From the NCBI GenBank assembly GCA_036398175.1, contig DASWHL010000050.1, positions 29,571 through 93,570 of the forward strand: DNA of 64,000 bases, given 5' to 3'. Below, piece by piece: positions 51,635-60,692 of the stretch (the stretch's first letter is position 1; each line of letters opens with the position of its first letter). The position numbers and the translations under genes are program-made. Origin of the DNA: Gemmatimonadales bacterium (lineage in GTDB: Bacteria; Gemmatimonadota; Gemmatimonadetes; Gemmatimonadales; GWC2-71-9). The notes beneath the pieces were generated by a model. That model worked only from the letters and a program-made list of their open reading frames with translations, searched no databases and was not told where the DNA came from.

Positions 51635-51802
51635 GCGTCCAAGGTTCTCCCGGGGAGCCCGGCTGGCAAGCCCGACCTTGTCGCCTCCGCCCCGGTCCAG
51701 GATTCAGACGGCGATTCTGAACTTCGGTCGGGTTCGTCCCTGGCGCTTCGGTCTCCGCCACCACGTAAGTCGTTGTAGTCCAGTCTCATACCGAACTTCC
51801 GG

Positions 51803-52183
51803 ATGATTCTCGAATGCCGGCCCGACTACTTCAAGATTGACGCGTTTCTGGTGGCGGGTGCGCACGGCGACTACTATCGGCGCGCGGTGCTCCGCTCCAT
51901 TGTCGAGCTGGCCGCGAGCTTCGGCGGCACCGCCATCGCCGAGGGCGTCGAGAGCGCGGCGGACCTGCGCACGGTGCTGAGCGAGGGCGTGCGCACGGTC
52001 CAGGGGTACCTGCTGGCCCGTCCGGCGGCCGCGCACATGCTGGGCGGCGGTGAGCTGCTCGCCCGGGCCGCCAGCCGATTGCCCATGGCTCTGGACGGCG
52101 AGCCGTGGACGCCGAACGGGGACTGGCTGCGGCTGGCCACGCAGAGCATGCTGCACGTCACGCCCCTGGCCGCCGCGGGCTGA
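51803..52183 (+). pseudogene. orphan C-terminal fragment of an EAL (c-di-GMP phosphodiesterase) domain
   Basis: DYFKIDAFLV...TAIAEGVESAADLRTVLSEGVRTVQGYLLARP covers only the last roughly 85 aa of an EAL domain. An in-frame stop at 51776-51778 and the neighbouring gene end (51634) leave no room for the N-terminal catalytic half. Confidence 0.55.
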
Positions 52184-52253
52184 TCGGCCCACCGATACCC
52201 TGCGGCCACGCGGCCGGGGACCCGGGCCGCCGCGCCCTCAGGCACGGCCCCGA

Positions 52254-54494
52254 CTACGGGATGACCACGCCGAATCCTAGCGCCCCCCCCGTCTCATGGA
52301 TCATGCGGTCGAACCAGTACCGGTACCGCGCCTCGAGTCGCACCGCGAGGAAGGTCAGCGGCAGCCACCGGTATCCGAAGGCCAATCCCAGGGCCGCATC
52401 GTTCGTCGCGGGCAGCGTTCCCGTTGCCAGGTATTGAAACGCCACGTTCGGGCCGACGAACAGCGTGGCGTCGCCGAAGCCGCCGAAACCGTACGCGGTT
52501 TGGAGGGCCACAACCAGGTTGGTCCGGTTCGGGCCGACCGCTTGCGTGAGGAACGAGATGCCCACCTGTGCTTCCATCATCCAACTCGGTGTCGGAAACC
52601 AGGCCACGTGCACCACGGGCTCCGCCATGGGGCCGCCGCCGGGGCCGTTCGCGATTGCCTGATCGTTGGCGTTCAGGAGTCCGGTGATCCCCGCGCGCGT
52701 GCCGAACTCGACCGCCGGCGCCTGGGACGTCGGCGGCGTGACGGCGACGGTCGGGCAGGAAGCGCCCGATGCGGTCTGGAGAGCGGCCGCGGCGTTCACC
52801 CGGCCATAGCCATACGACGGGCTGTGCCCCGTGACGGGATCGTACGTCCCTGGTGGGCCGATCTTGTCCGCGGTCGAGCGCAGAATCTCCTGCACCTGCA
52901 CGCGCGTGAGACACGGTTTCAGGGAACGCAGGAGCCCCGCGACACCCGACACGATCGGCGCGGACGCCGACCCACCGGAAAAGCACCGGGTGTAGGCCAG
53001 CCCGTTGGTCGCCGAGGCGGCCGTGGGTTCCGCGAGGGCGCAGGTGATCGGCTGGATCGGCTCGCTCGTATTGTAGCCGGCCGATCCGGTCCGGTCGGTC
53101 GTCACGATGCCGGACTGCTCGAGCGTATCGCCCGCGGCGACGACCGTGGCATAGTACCCCGGTGCCAGCAGCTCGACGCACGACCCGATGGTGGACGCGT
53201 CGGCCCGCCGATCGAGGTTGTTCGAGGCCGATACCGCAATCAGGTCGGGGTGCGCGTAGAGCTGCCCGAGCCCGCCGCCTTCCGTGCAGTGGTCGTCGCG
53301 ATCGTCCTCCGTCGAGAACACGACGACGATGCCCTGCTGACTCGGCGTCACCTCTGCCGCCTCCACGAACGCGGCCAGCGTATAGTCGTTGCTGTACGCC
53401 CAAGTCCAGCTGTTGTTGATCACGTCCACTCCGCGTGCCGCGACGTGATCAATGGCGAGGCCCGTCGCCGCGTCGGAAATGGGCAGCTCGATCACCATCA
53501 GGCGGCATTCGAGACAAACGCCGGCTATTCCCTCGCCATTGTCCCCTTCGGCCGCCGCCAGTCCGGCCACCGCCGTGCCGTGGTTCTGTTTCGGCCCGAA
53601 GGTCGCTGCCCCACAGGGCGTGGTCTGGCCGAAGTCGGCCGTGCTGCCGCACCCGTCGAAGCTCCAGGCGTGGTCAATCTTGGTCGCCAGATCGGCGTGC
53701 GTCTTGTCGAATCCGAACGGTTCCAGAATGGCGATCACGACGTCGGCCGAGCCCCGGGTGATGCTCCACGCCTCGGGGGCGTCAATGTCGGCGTCGTTGG
53801 CGTTGTGCAGGTGCCACTGGTCGGGGAACAGCTGATCGCCGGGCGTGAAGGCCCGTTCGCGCTTGAGCCCGAAGAAGTCGGGACTCGCGAAGACCACGGC
53901 CGGACTCTGGTGGTACAGGTTTGCGAGATCGAGCGCGTCCTGACGGCTTTGGGGCGTGGCCGCCAGGAGATAGTCGTTCCGGAGCACGCCGAGCCTGCGC
54001 ACGACGTGCACGCCGTGCACCGCGCTGAGAGAGTCAATCTGGGCCGGCGTCACCCAGAGCTGGAATTCGGCGATGAACTGATCCGTGACGAAGGCCGGGT
54101 CCGGCGCTCCGGCCCGGCGCACGACCAGGCCGGCCGCCTGGATCGCGCCGCCGCCGAGCTCGACGGCCAGGCGGGCCCGGGCCACGAGCGCGGATCGCTC
54201 CGTCGGCGCGCCGAACCCGATGACGAACAAGCCCTTGCCCATGGCCCGGACGCCACCTCCGTCCAGGCCGGCCGCGAGGGAGCCGACCGTGCTGTCGTCC
54301 ACGCCGGGTGCGTACAGACCCAGCGAATCCAGATGGACCGTGAGCGGGACAGAGCGCCCCGCGAAGAAGTACGACGCCGTGTCCACTGCCTGAGCGGCAA
54401 GCGGGGGCGCCGTGGCGGTCACCAACCAGAGCGCGACCAATTGCCCGGATACCGTCACCGCTCCCCGTCGTCCGTGAAGGCGTGTCGAGGCCAT
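52254..54494 (-). CDS. subtilisin-like (S8) serine peptidase with a C-terminal beta-barrel-like anchor
   Basis: Start moved to ATG 54494 with signal peptide; NHGTAVAGLAAA (His), GGSASAPIVSGVAGLL (Ser). The last roughly 150 aa alternate hydrophobic/polar residues with Gly/aromatics (YGFGGFGDATLFVGPNVAFQY...RLEARYRYWF). Confidence 0.8.
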   Translation of the reverse strand: MASTRLHGRRGAVTVSGQLVALWLVTATAPPLAAQAVDTASYFFAGRSVPLTVHLDSLGLYAPGVDDSTVGSLAAGLDGGGVRAMGKGLFVIGFGAPTERSALVARARLAVELGGGAIQAAGLVVRRAGAPDPAFVTDQFIAEFQLWVTPAQIDSLSAVHGVHVVRRLGVLRNDYLLAATPQSRQDALDLANLYHQSPAVVFASPDFFGLKRERAFTPGDQLFPDQWHLHNANDADIDAPEAWSITRGSADVVIAILEPFGFDKTHADLATKIDHAWSFDGCGSTADFGQTTPCGAATFGPKQNHGTAVAGLAAAEGDNGEGIAGVCLECRLMVIELPISDAATGLAIDHVAARGVDVINNSWTWAYSNDYTLAAFVEAAEVTPSQQGIVVVFSTEDDRDDHCTEGGGLGQLYAHPDLIAVSASNNLDRRADASTIGSCVELLAPGYYATVVAAGDTLEQSGIVTTDRTGSAGYNTSEPIQPITCALAEPTAASATNGLAYTRCFSGGSASAPIVSGVAGLLRSLKPCLTRVQVQEILRSTADKIGPPGTYDPVTGHSPSYGYGRVNAAAALQTASGASCPTVAVTPPTSQAPAVEFGTRAGITGLLNANDQAIANGPGGGPMAEPVVHVAWFPTPSWMMEAQVGISFLTQAVGPNRTNLVVALQTAYGFGGFGDATLFVGPNVAFQYLATGTLPATNDAALGLAFGYRWLPLTFLAVRLEARYRYWFDRMIHETGGALGFGVVIP

Positions 54495-54571
54495 GCGTCC
54501 CCCTCTCACTGGCTGGCCAACCCGGCGCCGCCGCCCGTCGGCGACGGCACCGGGGTTGTGCGCGGCCGTGT

Positions 54572-54754
54572 CTACGGCCAGGTCGGTTCGACGGGCTTGG
54601 TGCCGCCCGGTGTCTCGCACTTGCAGTACTGGTTGACCCACTCCTTGTACAGCCTCGCCCAGTTCTTCCACGCGAGAAGCTGCAGCCAGAACTGGATCAG
54701 GAGGAACACCAGCACGACGGTGATGAGCGGGCACCACGATTGCAGGAAGCGCAT
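54572..54754 (-). CDS. small Trp-rich single-pass membrane protein
   Basis: 60 aa; strong RBS AAGGAGGGTGAC-ATG; ITVVLVFLLIQFWLQLL followed by KNWARLYKEWVNQYCKCETPGG. GC-rich third positions. Confidence 0.6.
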   Translation of the reverse strand: MRFLQSWCPLITVVLVFLLIQFWLQLLAWKNWARLYKEWVNQYCKCETPGGTKPVEPTWP

Positions 54755-54811
54755 GTCACCCTCCTTTGTGCGGGGGTACTTGGGCGCGGTGGCGCGCCAC
54801 GTATTCCGGCA

Positions 54812-54831
54812 CGGGCATCGCGTGATGCCCG
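54812..54831. terminator. hairpin downstream of the kinase gene
   Basis: CGGGCATC-GCGT-GATGCCCG, 14 nt after the kinase stop codon. Confidence 0.4.
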
Positions 54832-54844
54832 GGAAGTCGGGGTC

Positions 54845-57739
54845 CTACAGCTCGAGTGCGGCGGCTGCGCTGTCCGTCCATCCCAACTGCCGAAGGCGCT
54901 CGAGGTAAGCACGCGCCGCCGCCGCGCGGCCCAGCGCCGTGGCGGCGCGCCATCGGACCCTCAGACTCCGGGGCAGGTAGGGCCAGAACGCCACCGGCTC
55001 TTGATGGTCGAACACGGCCGCCATGCGCTCGGCACCCTCGTAGTCGCGGTTGGCCAGCAGCAGCTCGGCGAGCAGGGCACGCTCCGCGGCGTGCGCGCCC
55101 GTCACGCTCCACATGAGGTCGCCGGGGGGCGTGTTGGGCAGCAGCAGCTCCAGGCGGATTCGCGCGGACGCGGAGTCGCCCAGGCGCGCCGAGAGATGCG
55201 CCTCGAGGAGATTCGCGATCTGGCGGGGGACCGGGTCACCGCTGCCGTCCGCCGCTTGGCGGAGTCCGGCCACGATGCCCCGTACTCGCGCGGAGTCGCC
55301 CTGACGTGCGCGCCAGACGCCCAATAGCCAGCGGGTGGTCGGTTGCGCCGCCTCATAGTGCTCGCCGGTGGCGCGCCGCGCGATTCCTTCCGCCTCGGCG
55401 GCCCGTGCCTCGAACGGCGCGCCGGTGATGGCGTCGAACACGTACAGGGAGTACGCCCCCCGGTGTCCGGCGTCGCGCGCCAGGTCGAGGTGCGCCAGTG
55501 CCTCCTGATGCCTGCCCTCCGCCAGCAGCAGGCTCTGCAGGGCCATGACGGCCCCCCATCGCGTGTCGCGGTCGGCGTCCGGGGACTGGAGCACCTCCTC
55601 GAAGCCCCGCCGCGCGCACGAGGGATGCCGGCCTCCCACCGCGAGCGCCCGCGCCGCCAGCAAGGCCGCGAGCGGGTCCGCGTGCACGGCGTCCCGCCAG
55701 TCGTAGGCCCCGCCGACGCTCCAGACGCAATCGCGCATCGTGGCGAGGTGGCGGAGCCAGGTGCTGTCGGCCCCGGCCGCCGCGATGCCGCGAATCATGC
55801 GCTCGGCCGCGGCCCGGTCGCCGTTCCGCGTGGCGATCTCTCCCAGGTGAAACAGGGGGGGCACGAACAGTGAGTCGAGGTCGAGGACCTGCCGAAAGGT
55901 CCGCTCCGCGAGCGCGCCCGCGAGCCCGTGGCCGGGAAAGAGGTGGTAATAGACCTCGCCCAACGCCATTGCCGCCTCACTCCACTCGGGATCGAGCGCC
56001 AGCGCCGCCTGGAGGGCGGTAACGGCGGAGTCCGCGTTCCCCGCCAGGTAGGAGCGCCAGCCGTCGAGGAACAGCCGGTACTTGGGGGGCAGCAGCGTGG
56101 CGTGGGCCGCCGCCACACGGATCAGCACTTCCGCCTCCCCGTACCGGTTCTCCCAACTGGCCGCCTGCGCCCCCTTGACCGCCGCGACCGCGAGCAGCGA
56201 GTCCTCGGCAACCGCCCGGCGGTAGAAGTCGAGCGCGGCTGCGAACCGGGAATGCCGGTATTGGCGGTCCCCCTGTATGGAGAGCACGACCGCACCAGGG
56301 TCCCGCTCCAGGTAGGGATCCAGGTCGACGCGCCGATCCGGCTCGGCGATCCGCGGGACCAGCCTGGAAATGGCCCGGATGCCGAGGGTCTGCGCGGTGA
56401 TCGGGGGGGCCCCGGCCGCCGTTTCCTGGGCGACCAGCGAGTCGCCGGCCACGTCCAGGAGCCGGACGACCACCGCGAGGCCCGCGGTGTCGCGGCGGAT
56501 GGCGCCGGAGACGTAATACCTCGCGCCCCGCGCGCGCGCGATGCGGGCTTCGAGGGCCGGCGTGAGCAACCGGGGGTTGGATCGCGTGGAGTCGGGAAGC
56601 CACGTCCAGCCATCGAGAAACTTGAGCGGATGGGCATGCTCCAGCGCGCCGCCGATTGCCAAAGCTACGTCCCAGCCCACTCCCGCCCGATTGGCCTCGT
56701 CGTCGGTCGCGGGCAGAGGGAACACCACGACCTTGCGCGGATCCAGTGGGGACCGGGCCGCATTGGCGAGGATGGCGCGGGCGGCGGCCCAGACGCCCAG
56801 CACCGCCAGGACTACGACGCCGCTCACCAGCACGACCGATCGCTGCGGCCGCTGCCGCTCGGACCGCTCGGGCGCGGCCGCCGCGGCGGACAGGGCCCGG
56901 GCAAAATCCGATGCGCTGACAAAACGGTCGGCGGGTACCTTCGCGAGCGCCCGTTCCACCGCGCGCCGGAGGGGTTGGGACAGGCCGGGGCGCACGATGG
57001 TCAGGGACGGGACCCGCTCCAGCACGTGCTGGGCAATCACCGATTGCGCCACCGGCCCCGAGAAGGGCGGCTCCCCGGCCAGCAGCTCGTACACCACGCA
57101 GCCGAGCGAGTAGATGTCGGTCCGCTTGTCGATGGACGCCGAGCCGCCCCCCTGCTCGGGGCTCATGTACGCGGGCGTCCCCACCGCGATGCCCGTGGCG
57201 GTCAGGGTCTCCCCTCCGGCCACGTCCACGGCCCGCGCGATTCCGAAGTCGGCCACGACGGCCCGGTTTCCCGCGAGGAGGATGTTCTCGGGTTTGACAT
57301 CACGATGCACGATGCCGAGGGCGTGCGCGGCATCGAGCGCGTCCGCGACGTCGTGCGCGATCGCGACGACATCCGGAATGGAGAGCTGGACCTCGCGACC
57401 CAGTCGATCGCGCAGCGACTCGCCCTCCACGAACGGCATCACGTAGAACGGCAGCCCGTCCACCTCACCCGAATCGAGCAGGGGAAGGATGTTCGGGTGG
57501 TTGAGGCGGGCGGTGATCCGGATTTCCCGCAGGAACCGCTCGATCCCGACGGCGGCGGACAGCTCCGGCCGGAGCACCTTGACGGCCACCTGGCGACCGT
57601 GTTTCAGGTCGTCCGCGAGGTAGACGGTCGCCATCCCGCCCGTCCCGATGGCCCGTTGGATCCGGTACTGACCGGCCAGCGCCACTTGCAGGCGTTCGAT
57701 CTGCGTGCCCACGAGGCTCCCGGCAACGTCCGGCGCCAA
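54845..57739 (-). CDS. Ser/Thr protein kinase with TM segment and large TPR-like C-terminal domain
   Basis: GTGGMATVYLA, VAVKVL, HRDVKPENILL, DFGIA, GTPAYMSPEQ; TM VVLVSGVVVLAVLGVWAA; roughly 620-aa helical-repeat C-terminus. TTG start. Confidence 0.9.
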   Translation of the reverse strand: MAPDVAGSLVGTQIERLQVALAGQYRIQRAIGTGGMATVYLADDLKHGRQVAVKVLRPELSAAVGIERFLREIRITARLNHPNILPLLDSGEVDGLPFYVMPFVEGESLRDRLGREVQLSIPDVVAIAHDVADALDAAHALGIVHRDVKPENILLAGNRAVVADFGIARAVDVAGGETLTATGIAVGTPAYMSPEQGGGSASIDKRTDIYSLGCVVYELLAGEPPFSGPVAQSVIAQHVLERVPSLTIVRPGLSQPLRRAVERALAKVPADRFVSASDFARALSAAAAAPERSERQRPQRSVVLVSGVVVLAVLGVWAAARAILANAARSPLDPRKVVVFPLPATDDEANRAGVGWDVALAIGGALEHAHPLKFLDGWTWLPDSTRSNPRLLTPALEARIARARGARYYVSGAIRRDTAGLAVVVRLLDVAGDSLVAQETAAGAPPITAQTLGIRAISRLVPRIAEPDRRVDLDPYLERDPGAVVLSIQGDRQYRHSRFAAALDFYRRAVAEDSLLAVAAVKGAQAASWENRYGEAEVLIRVAAAHATLLPPKYRLFLDGWRSYLAGNADSAVTALQAALALDPEWSEAAMALGEVYYHLFPGHGLAGALAERTFRQVLDLDSLFVPPLFHLGEIATRNGDRAAAERMIRGIAAAGADSTWLRHLATMRDCVWSVGGAYDWRDAVHADPLAALLAARALAVGGRHPSCARRGFEEVLQSPDADRDTRWGAVMALQSLLLAEGRHQEALAHLDLARDAGHRGAYSLYVFDAITGAPFEARAAEAEGIARRATGEHYEAAQPTTRWLLGVWRARQGDSARVRGIVAGLRQAADGSGDPVPRQIANLLEAHLSARLGDSASARIRLELLLPNTPPGDLMWSVTGAHAAERALLAELLLANRDYEGAERMAAVFDHQEPVAFWPYLPRSLRVRWRAATALGRAAAARAYLERLRQLGWTDSAAAALEL

Positions 57740-57816
57740 TATGCAGGTGGTTTGATCCGTGGACTAGGTGCGATGCCCCTCGAGACGGGCTGGCGCGCGC
57801 CGCCGGCGTGTGCGGG

Positions 57817-57864
57817 TTGACACCCGAGGACCGTTTCACTACTATGTATTACAAAGCTAATAGT
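57817..57864 (+). promoter_or_regulatory. sigma70-like promoter with overlapping BlaI-type operator
   Basis: TTGACA (57817-57822), a 17-nt spacer, then TACTAT (57840-57845). The AT-rich dyad ACTATGTATTACAAAGCTAATAGT (57841-57864) contains TGTA-T-TACA. It lies 10 nt upstream of the blaI-like ATG. Confidence 0.55.
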
Positions 57865-57873
57865 TGAGGCTCC

Positions 57874-58248
57874 ATGTCGGCCGCACTCACGCGCCGCGAG
57901 CTGGACGTCATGGCCGTCGTCTGGGAGCTGGGATCCGCCACCGTCAGCGACGTGGTGGACCGCCTCCCCGACGATCTCCACTACTCCACGGTGCTCACCG
58001 TTTTCCGCACGCTGGAGGCCAAGGGGCACGTCCGTCACGTGCGGGATGGCAAGGCCTTCCGGTACCACCCCGTCACGCGGCCCGAAGACGCGGGCGACCG
58101 CGCCCTGCGGCGTCTCGTGGACACGGTGTTCCGGGGATCGCGCGAAATGCTGGTGGCGCGGCTCGTGTCCGACGAGGGCATTGCCCCGGAGGAGTTGCGG
58201 CGGATCCGCCGGCGGCTCACCGCGCGGCTCAAGGAGCTCGGGCGGTGA
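57874..58248 (+). CDS. BlaI/MecI/CopY-family transcriptional repressor
   Basis: 124 aa; LTRRELDVMAVVWELGSATVSDV...YSTVLTVFRTLEAKGHV. Confidence 0.88.
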   Translation: MSAALTRRELDVMAVVWELGSATVSDVVDRLPDDLHYSTVLTVFRTLEAKGHVRHVRDGKAFRYHPVTRPEDAGDRALRRLVDTVFRGSREMLVARLVSDEGIAPEELRRIRRRLTARLKELGR

Positions 58249-59462
58249 TGGCCGCGTGGATGATCTACGCGACCGTGGTCGCCGCGTTCCTCGCCGGGGC
58301 GGCGCTCGCAGCCGACCGGGCGTTGCGCTTGGTGGGGCGGGAGGGGCGGTGGGTGTGGGCCGCGACGCTCGCCTCCTCGCTGGCGCTCCCACTGTTTGCC
58401 ACGCGGACGGAGCCCGGCTCGGCGACCCTCGACCTCGGGGTGGTGCCCGTGGTGGTGCGCGTCGCCACCGCGGCCGTGCCGGATCCGTCGCCCACGCTCG
58501 CCATACTCGACACGCCGCTCCGAGTGGGTTGGGCCGCGGCGTCCGGCTTGGTGCTCCTGCTCCTCGTGGCATCGCAACGCGCGCTCCGCCGCGAAGCCGC
58601 GCGTGGGGTGGAGCGGGATCTCGATGGCCAGCGCGTCTGCGTGACGACGGGGGCGGGGCCCGCGGTCGTAGGCGGGCTCCGGCGCGCCACGATCGTGCTC
58701 CCCGCGTGGATCACCGACCTCGATCCGGCAGACCGTCGCCTGGCGGTGCGGCACGAGGCCGAACATCTCCGGACCGGGGACGTCCAGTTGCTGGCCGTGG
58801 CCGCGCTCGCGGCGGTAGCGTGTCCGTGGAACCTGTTCATCTGGTGGCAGGTGCGCCGGCTGCACGACGCGGTGGAGCTCGACTGCGACCACCGGCTCGT
58901 GCGGGCGGGGGTGGACGTCCGCGCCTACGGGACGCTGCTGCTCGAGGTCGCCCACCGCGCGTCGCGGCGCCGCATGGCCGTGGCCCTCGCCGCCCGGCCG
59001 TCCCTCTTGTCACGGAGGATCAATCACATGACGCCCGTACCCTCATCCACGCGCGGGGTCCGCGCGCTGACCGGCGCCGCGCTCGGCGTGCTGCTCGTCG
59101 TGCTCGCGTGCGCGGCGCCGAGCCCGGCGACCGACGTCGCGCCCGCCGTCCCGGGGCCGCCGGTTTCGCTCGAGAATCAGCCGCCCGTCCTCCTGGAGAT
59201 GCCGGAGCCGCGCTATCCCCCGCTGCTGCGGGAGGCCGGCATCGAAGGTGAGGTCGTGCTCGAATTCCTCGTGGATGCGACGGGCCGGGTGGACTCGGCT
59301 TCGGTGATCGTGATCCCCGGCGAGCGCGGGCACAAGGCGCTGGAGCGGCCCGCGGCGGACGCCGTTCGGGGGGCGCGATACCGCCCCGCGGTGATCCACG
59401 GGCAGCCCGCGCCGTTGCGGATTCGGCAGACCGTCACGTTCCGGATTCCGAAACCAGAGTAG
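58248..59462 (+). CDS. BlaR1-like M56 peptidase fused to a TonB C-terminal domain
   Basis: ATG 58248 (ATGA overlap; GTG 58245 also possible); TM helices; HEAEHLRTGD (HEXXH); C-terminal YPPLLREAGIEGEVVLEFLVDATGRV...YRPAVIHGQP. Confidence 0.85.
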   Translation: MAAWMIYATVVAAFLAGAALAADRALRLVGREGRWVWAATLASSLALPLFATRTEPGSATLDLGVVPVVVRVATAAVPDPSPTLAILDTPLRVGWAAASGLVLLLLVASQRALRREAARGVERDLDGQRVCVTTGAGPAVVGGLRRATIVLPAWITDLDPADRRLAVRHEAEHLRTGDVQLLAVAALAAVACPWNLFIWWQVRRLHDAVELDCDHRLVRAGVDVRAYGTLLLEVAHRASRRRMAVALAARPSLLSRRINHMTPVPSSTRGVRALTGAALGVLLVVLACAAPSPATDVAPAVPGPPVSLENQPPVLLEMPEPRYPPLLREAGIEGEVVLEFLVDATGRVDSASVIVIPGERGHKALERPAADAVRGARYRPAVIHGQPAPLRIRQTVTFRIPKPE

Positions 59463-59729
59463 GACGGGGGACACGGTGCCGGGAATCCGGCTGGCGGTCG
59501 GTCCCCAGCACACTCACGGGGCTTGTCGAGGTAGTCTGCACCGCCGCTTACGACCGGTTCCTCGCACCGGATTTGAGCGCGCAGCGTGCCCCTGCCCCAA
59601 AACGGTGCGTAGAGGGCTCGATTCCGAAGCCACCGTGTAATCCGCAACTGCCGACACGGCAAGCGATTATGACACCGTGCACCAAACCGGGCGTTCAGGC
59701 GCGGATGATGCTCAACGCCTCGACGACCT

Positions 59730-60692
59730 ATGACGACTGCCAACGCTGTGCCCCCAATCATCCTCATGGCGATAGGGGAGGCCGGCTCGCTCGCGAGCGC
59801 GTTGAACCGTGAGCAATACACGGTGCTCGAGGCCCAGAGCGGCGCCCTGGCCCTCGAGTGGGCGCGCGACATCATGCCGGACACGATTATCCTCGACGCC
59901 AACCTGCCCGACCTGCCTGCGATCGAGGCGTGCCGGCTCCTGCGGGACGATCTGCGCGTCGGCCACAACGTGCCGGTGCTGATTCTGAGCCCGCAGCCGC
60001 CGACCCCGGAGCAGCGCGTCGCGGCGCTGCGGGCGGGCGCCTGGGACTTCCTGCGCTACCCGAACGGCCCCGACGAGCTGACGCTCAAGCTCCAGACCTA
60101 CGTCCAGGCGAAGCGGAACATTGACATTGCGCTGGCGGACGGCCTGGTGGACCCGGCGACCGGCCTGCACAATCGCCACAGCCTCGCTCGGCGGGCGCGG
60201 GAGCTGGGCGCGCTGATGGCCCGACGGCACGGCGCGCTGGCGTGCGTGGTCTTCGCGCTCGAGACGGATGCCAGGGACTCCCGGCTGGGAGCGGCCCTGA
60301 GCAGGGGCGCCCGCATGTCCGACGTCGTCGGCAGGCTCGGGCCCACCGAGCTCGCGATCCTGGCGCCCGCGACGGCGCACGCCGGTGCCGTGCGACTGGC
60401 GCAGCGGGCCGCCACGCCGTTGCGCGACGTCCTGCGGGCAGCGCAGTCCGCGGGCACCGAGGTCCGGCTCGAGGCCGGCTACGATGCCGTGGCCAACCTC
60501 GGGTACACGCCCATTGATCCCGTGGATCTGCTCGCGCGCGCGGCTCACGCCGTCCGTGCCGGAAAGCCCGAGCCTGACTGTCCCTGGGTGCGGCGCTTCG
60601 AAAACGGATTCCACCAGGCCCCAGTCGAGCCCGTGCGGCCGCGCGTGACACCGCCAGGCATGGTAGCGCCAACAAGGAGGACCAGCGCATGA
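59730..60692 (+). CDS. atypical receiver domain + degenerate GGDEF domain (I-site retained)
   Basis: REC-like: TIILDANLPDLPAIEACRLL, but with IGE in place of the DD pair and RYP in place of K-P. GGDEF-like: DPATGLHNRHSL..., RMSDVVGRLGPTELAIL (RxxD present, GGDEF becomes GPTEL). Confidence 0.8.
   Translation: MTTANAVPPIILMAIGEAGSLASALNREQYTVLEAQSGALALEWARDIMPDTIILDANLPDLPAIEACRLLRDDLRVGHNVPVLILSPQPPTPEQRVAALRAGAWDFLRYPNGPDELTLKLQTYVQAKRNIDIALADGLVDPATGLHNRHSLARRARELGALMARRHGALACVVFALETDARDSRLGAALSRGARMSDVVGRLGPTELAILAPATAHAGAVRLAQRAATPLRDVLRAAQSAGTEVRLEAGYDAVANLGYTPIDPVDLLARAAHAVRAGKPEPDCPWVRRFENGFHQAPVEPVRPRVTPPGMVAPTRRTSA

Noticed and set aside
52184-52253. Possible terminator between the EAL fragment and the S8 protease gene (GCGGCCGGGGACCCGGGCCGC).
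   Set aside because: The stem is imperfect and I could not define a convincing hairpin by eye, so I left it unannotated.
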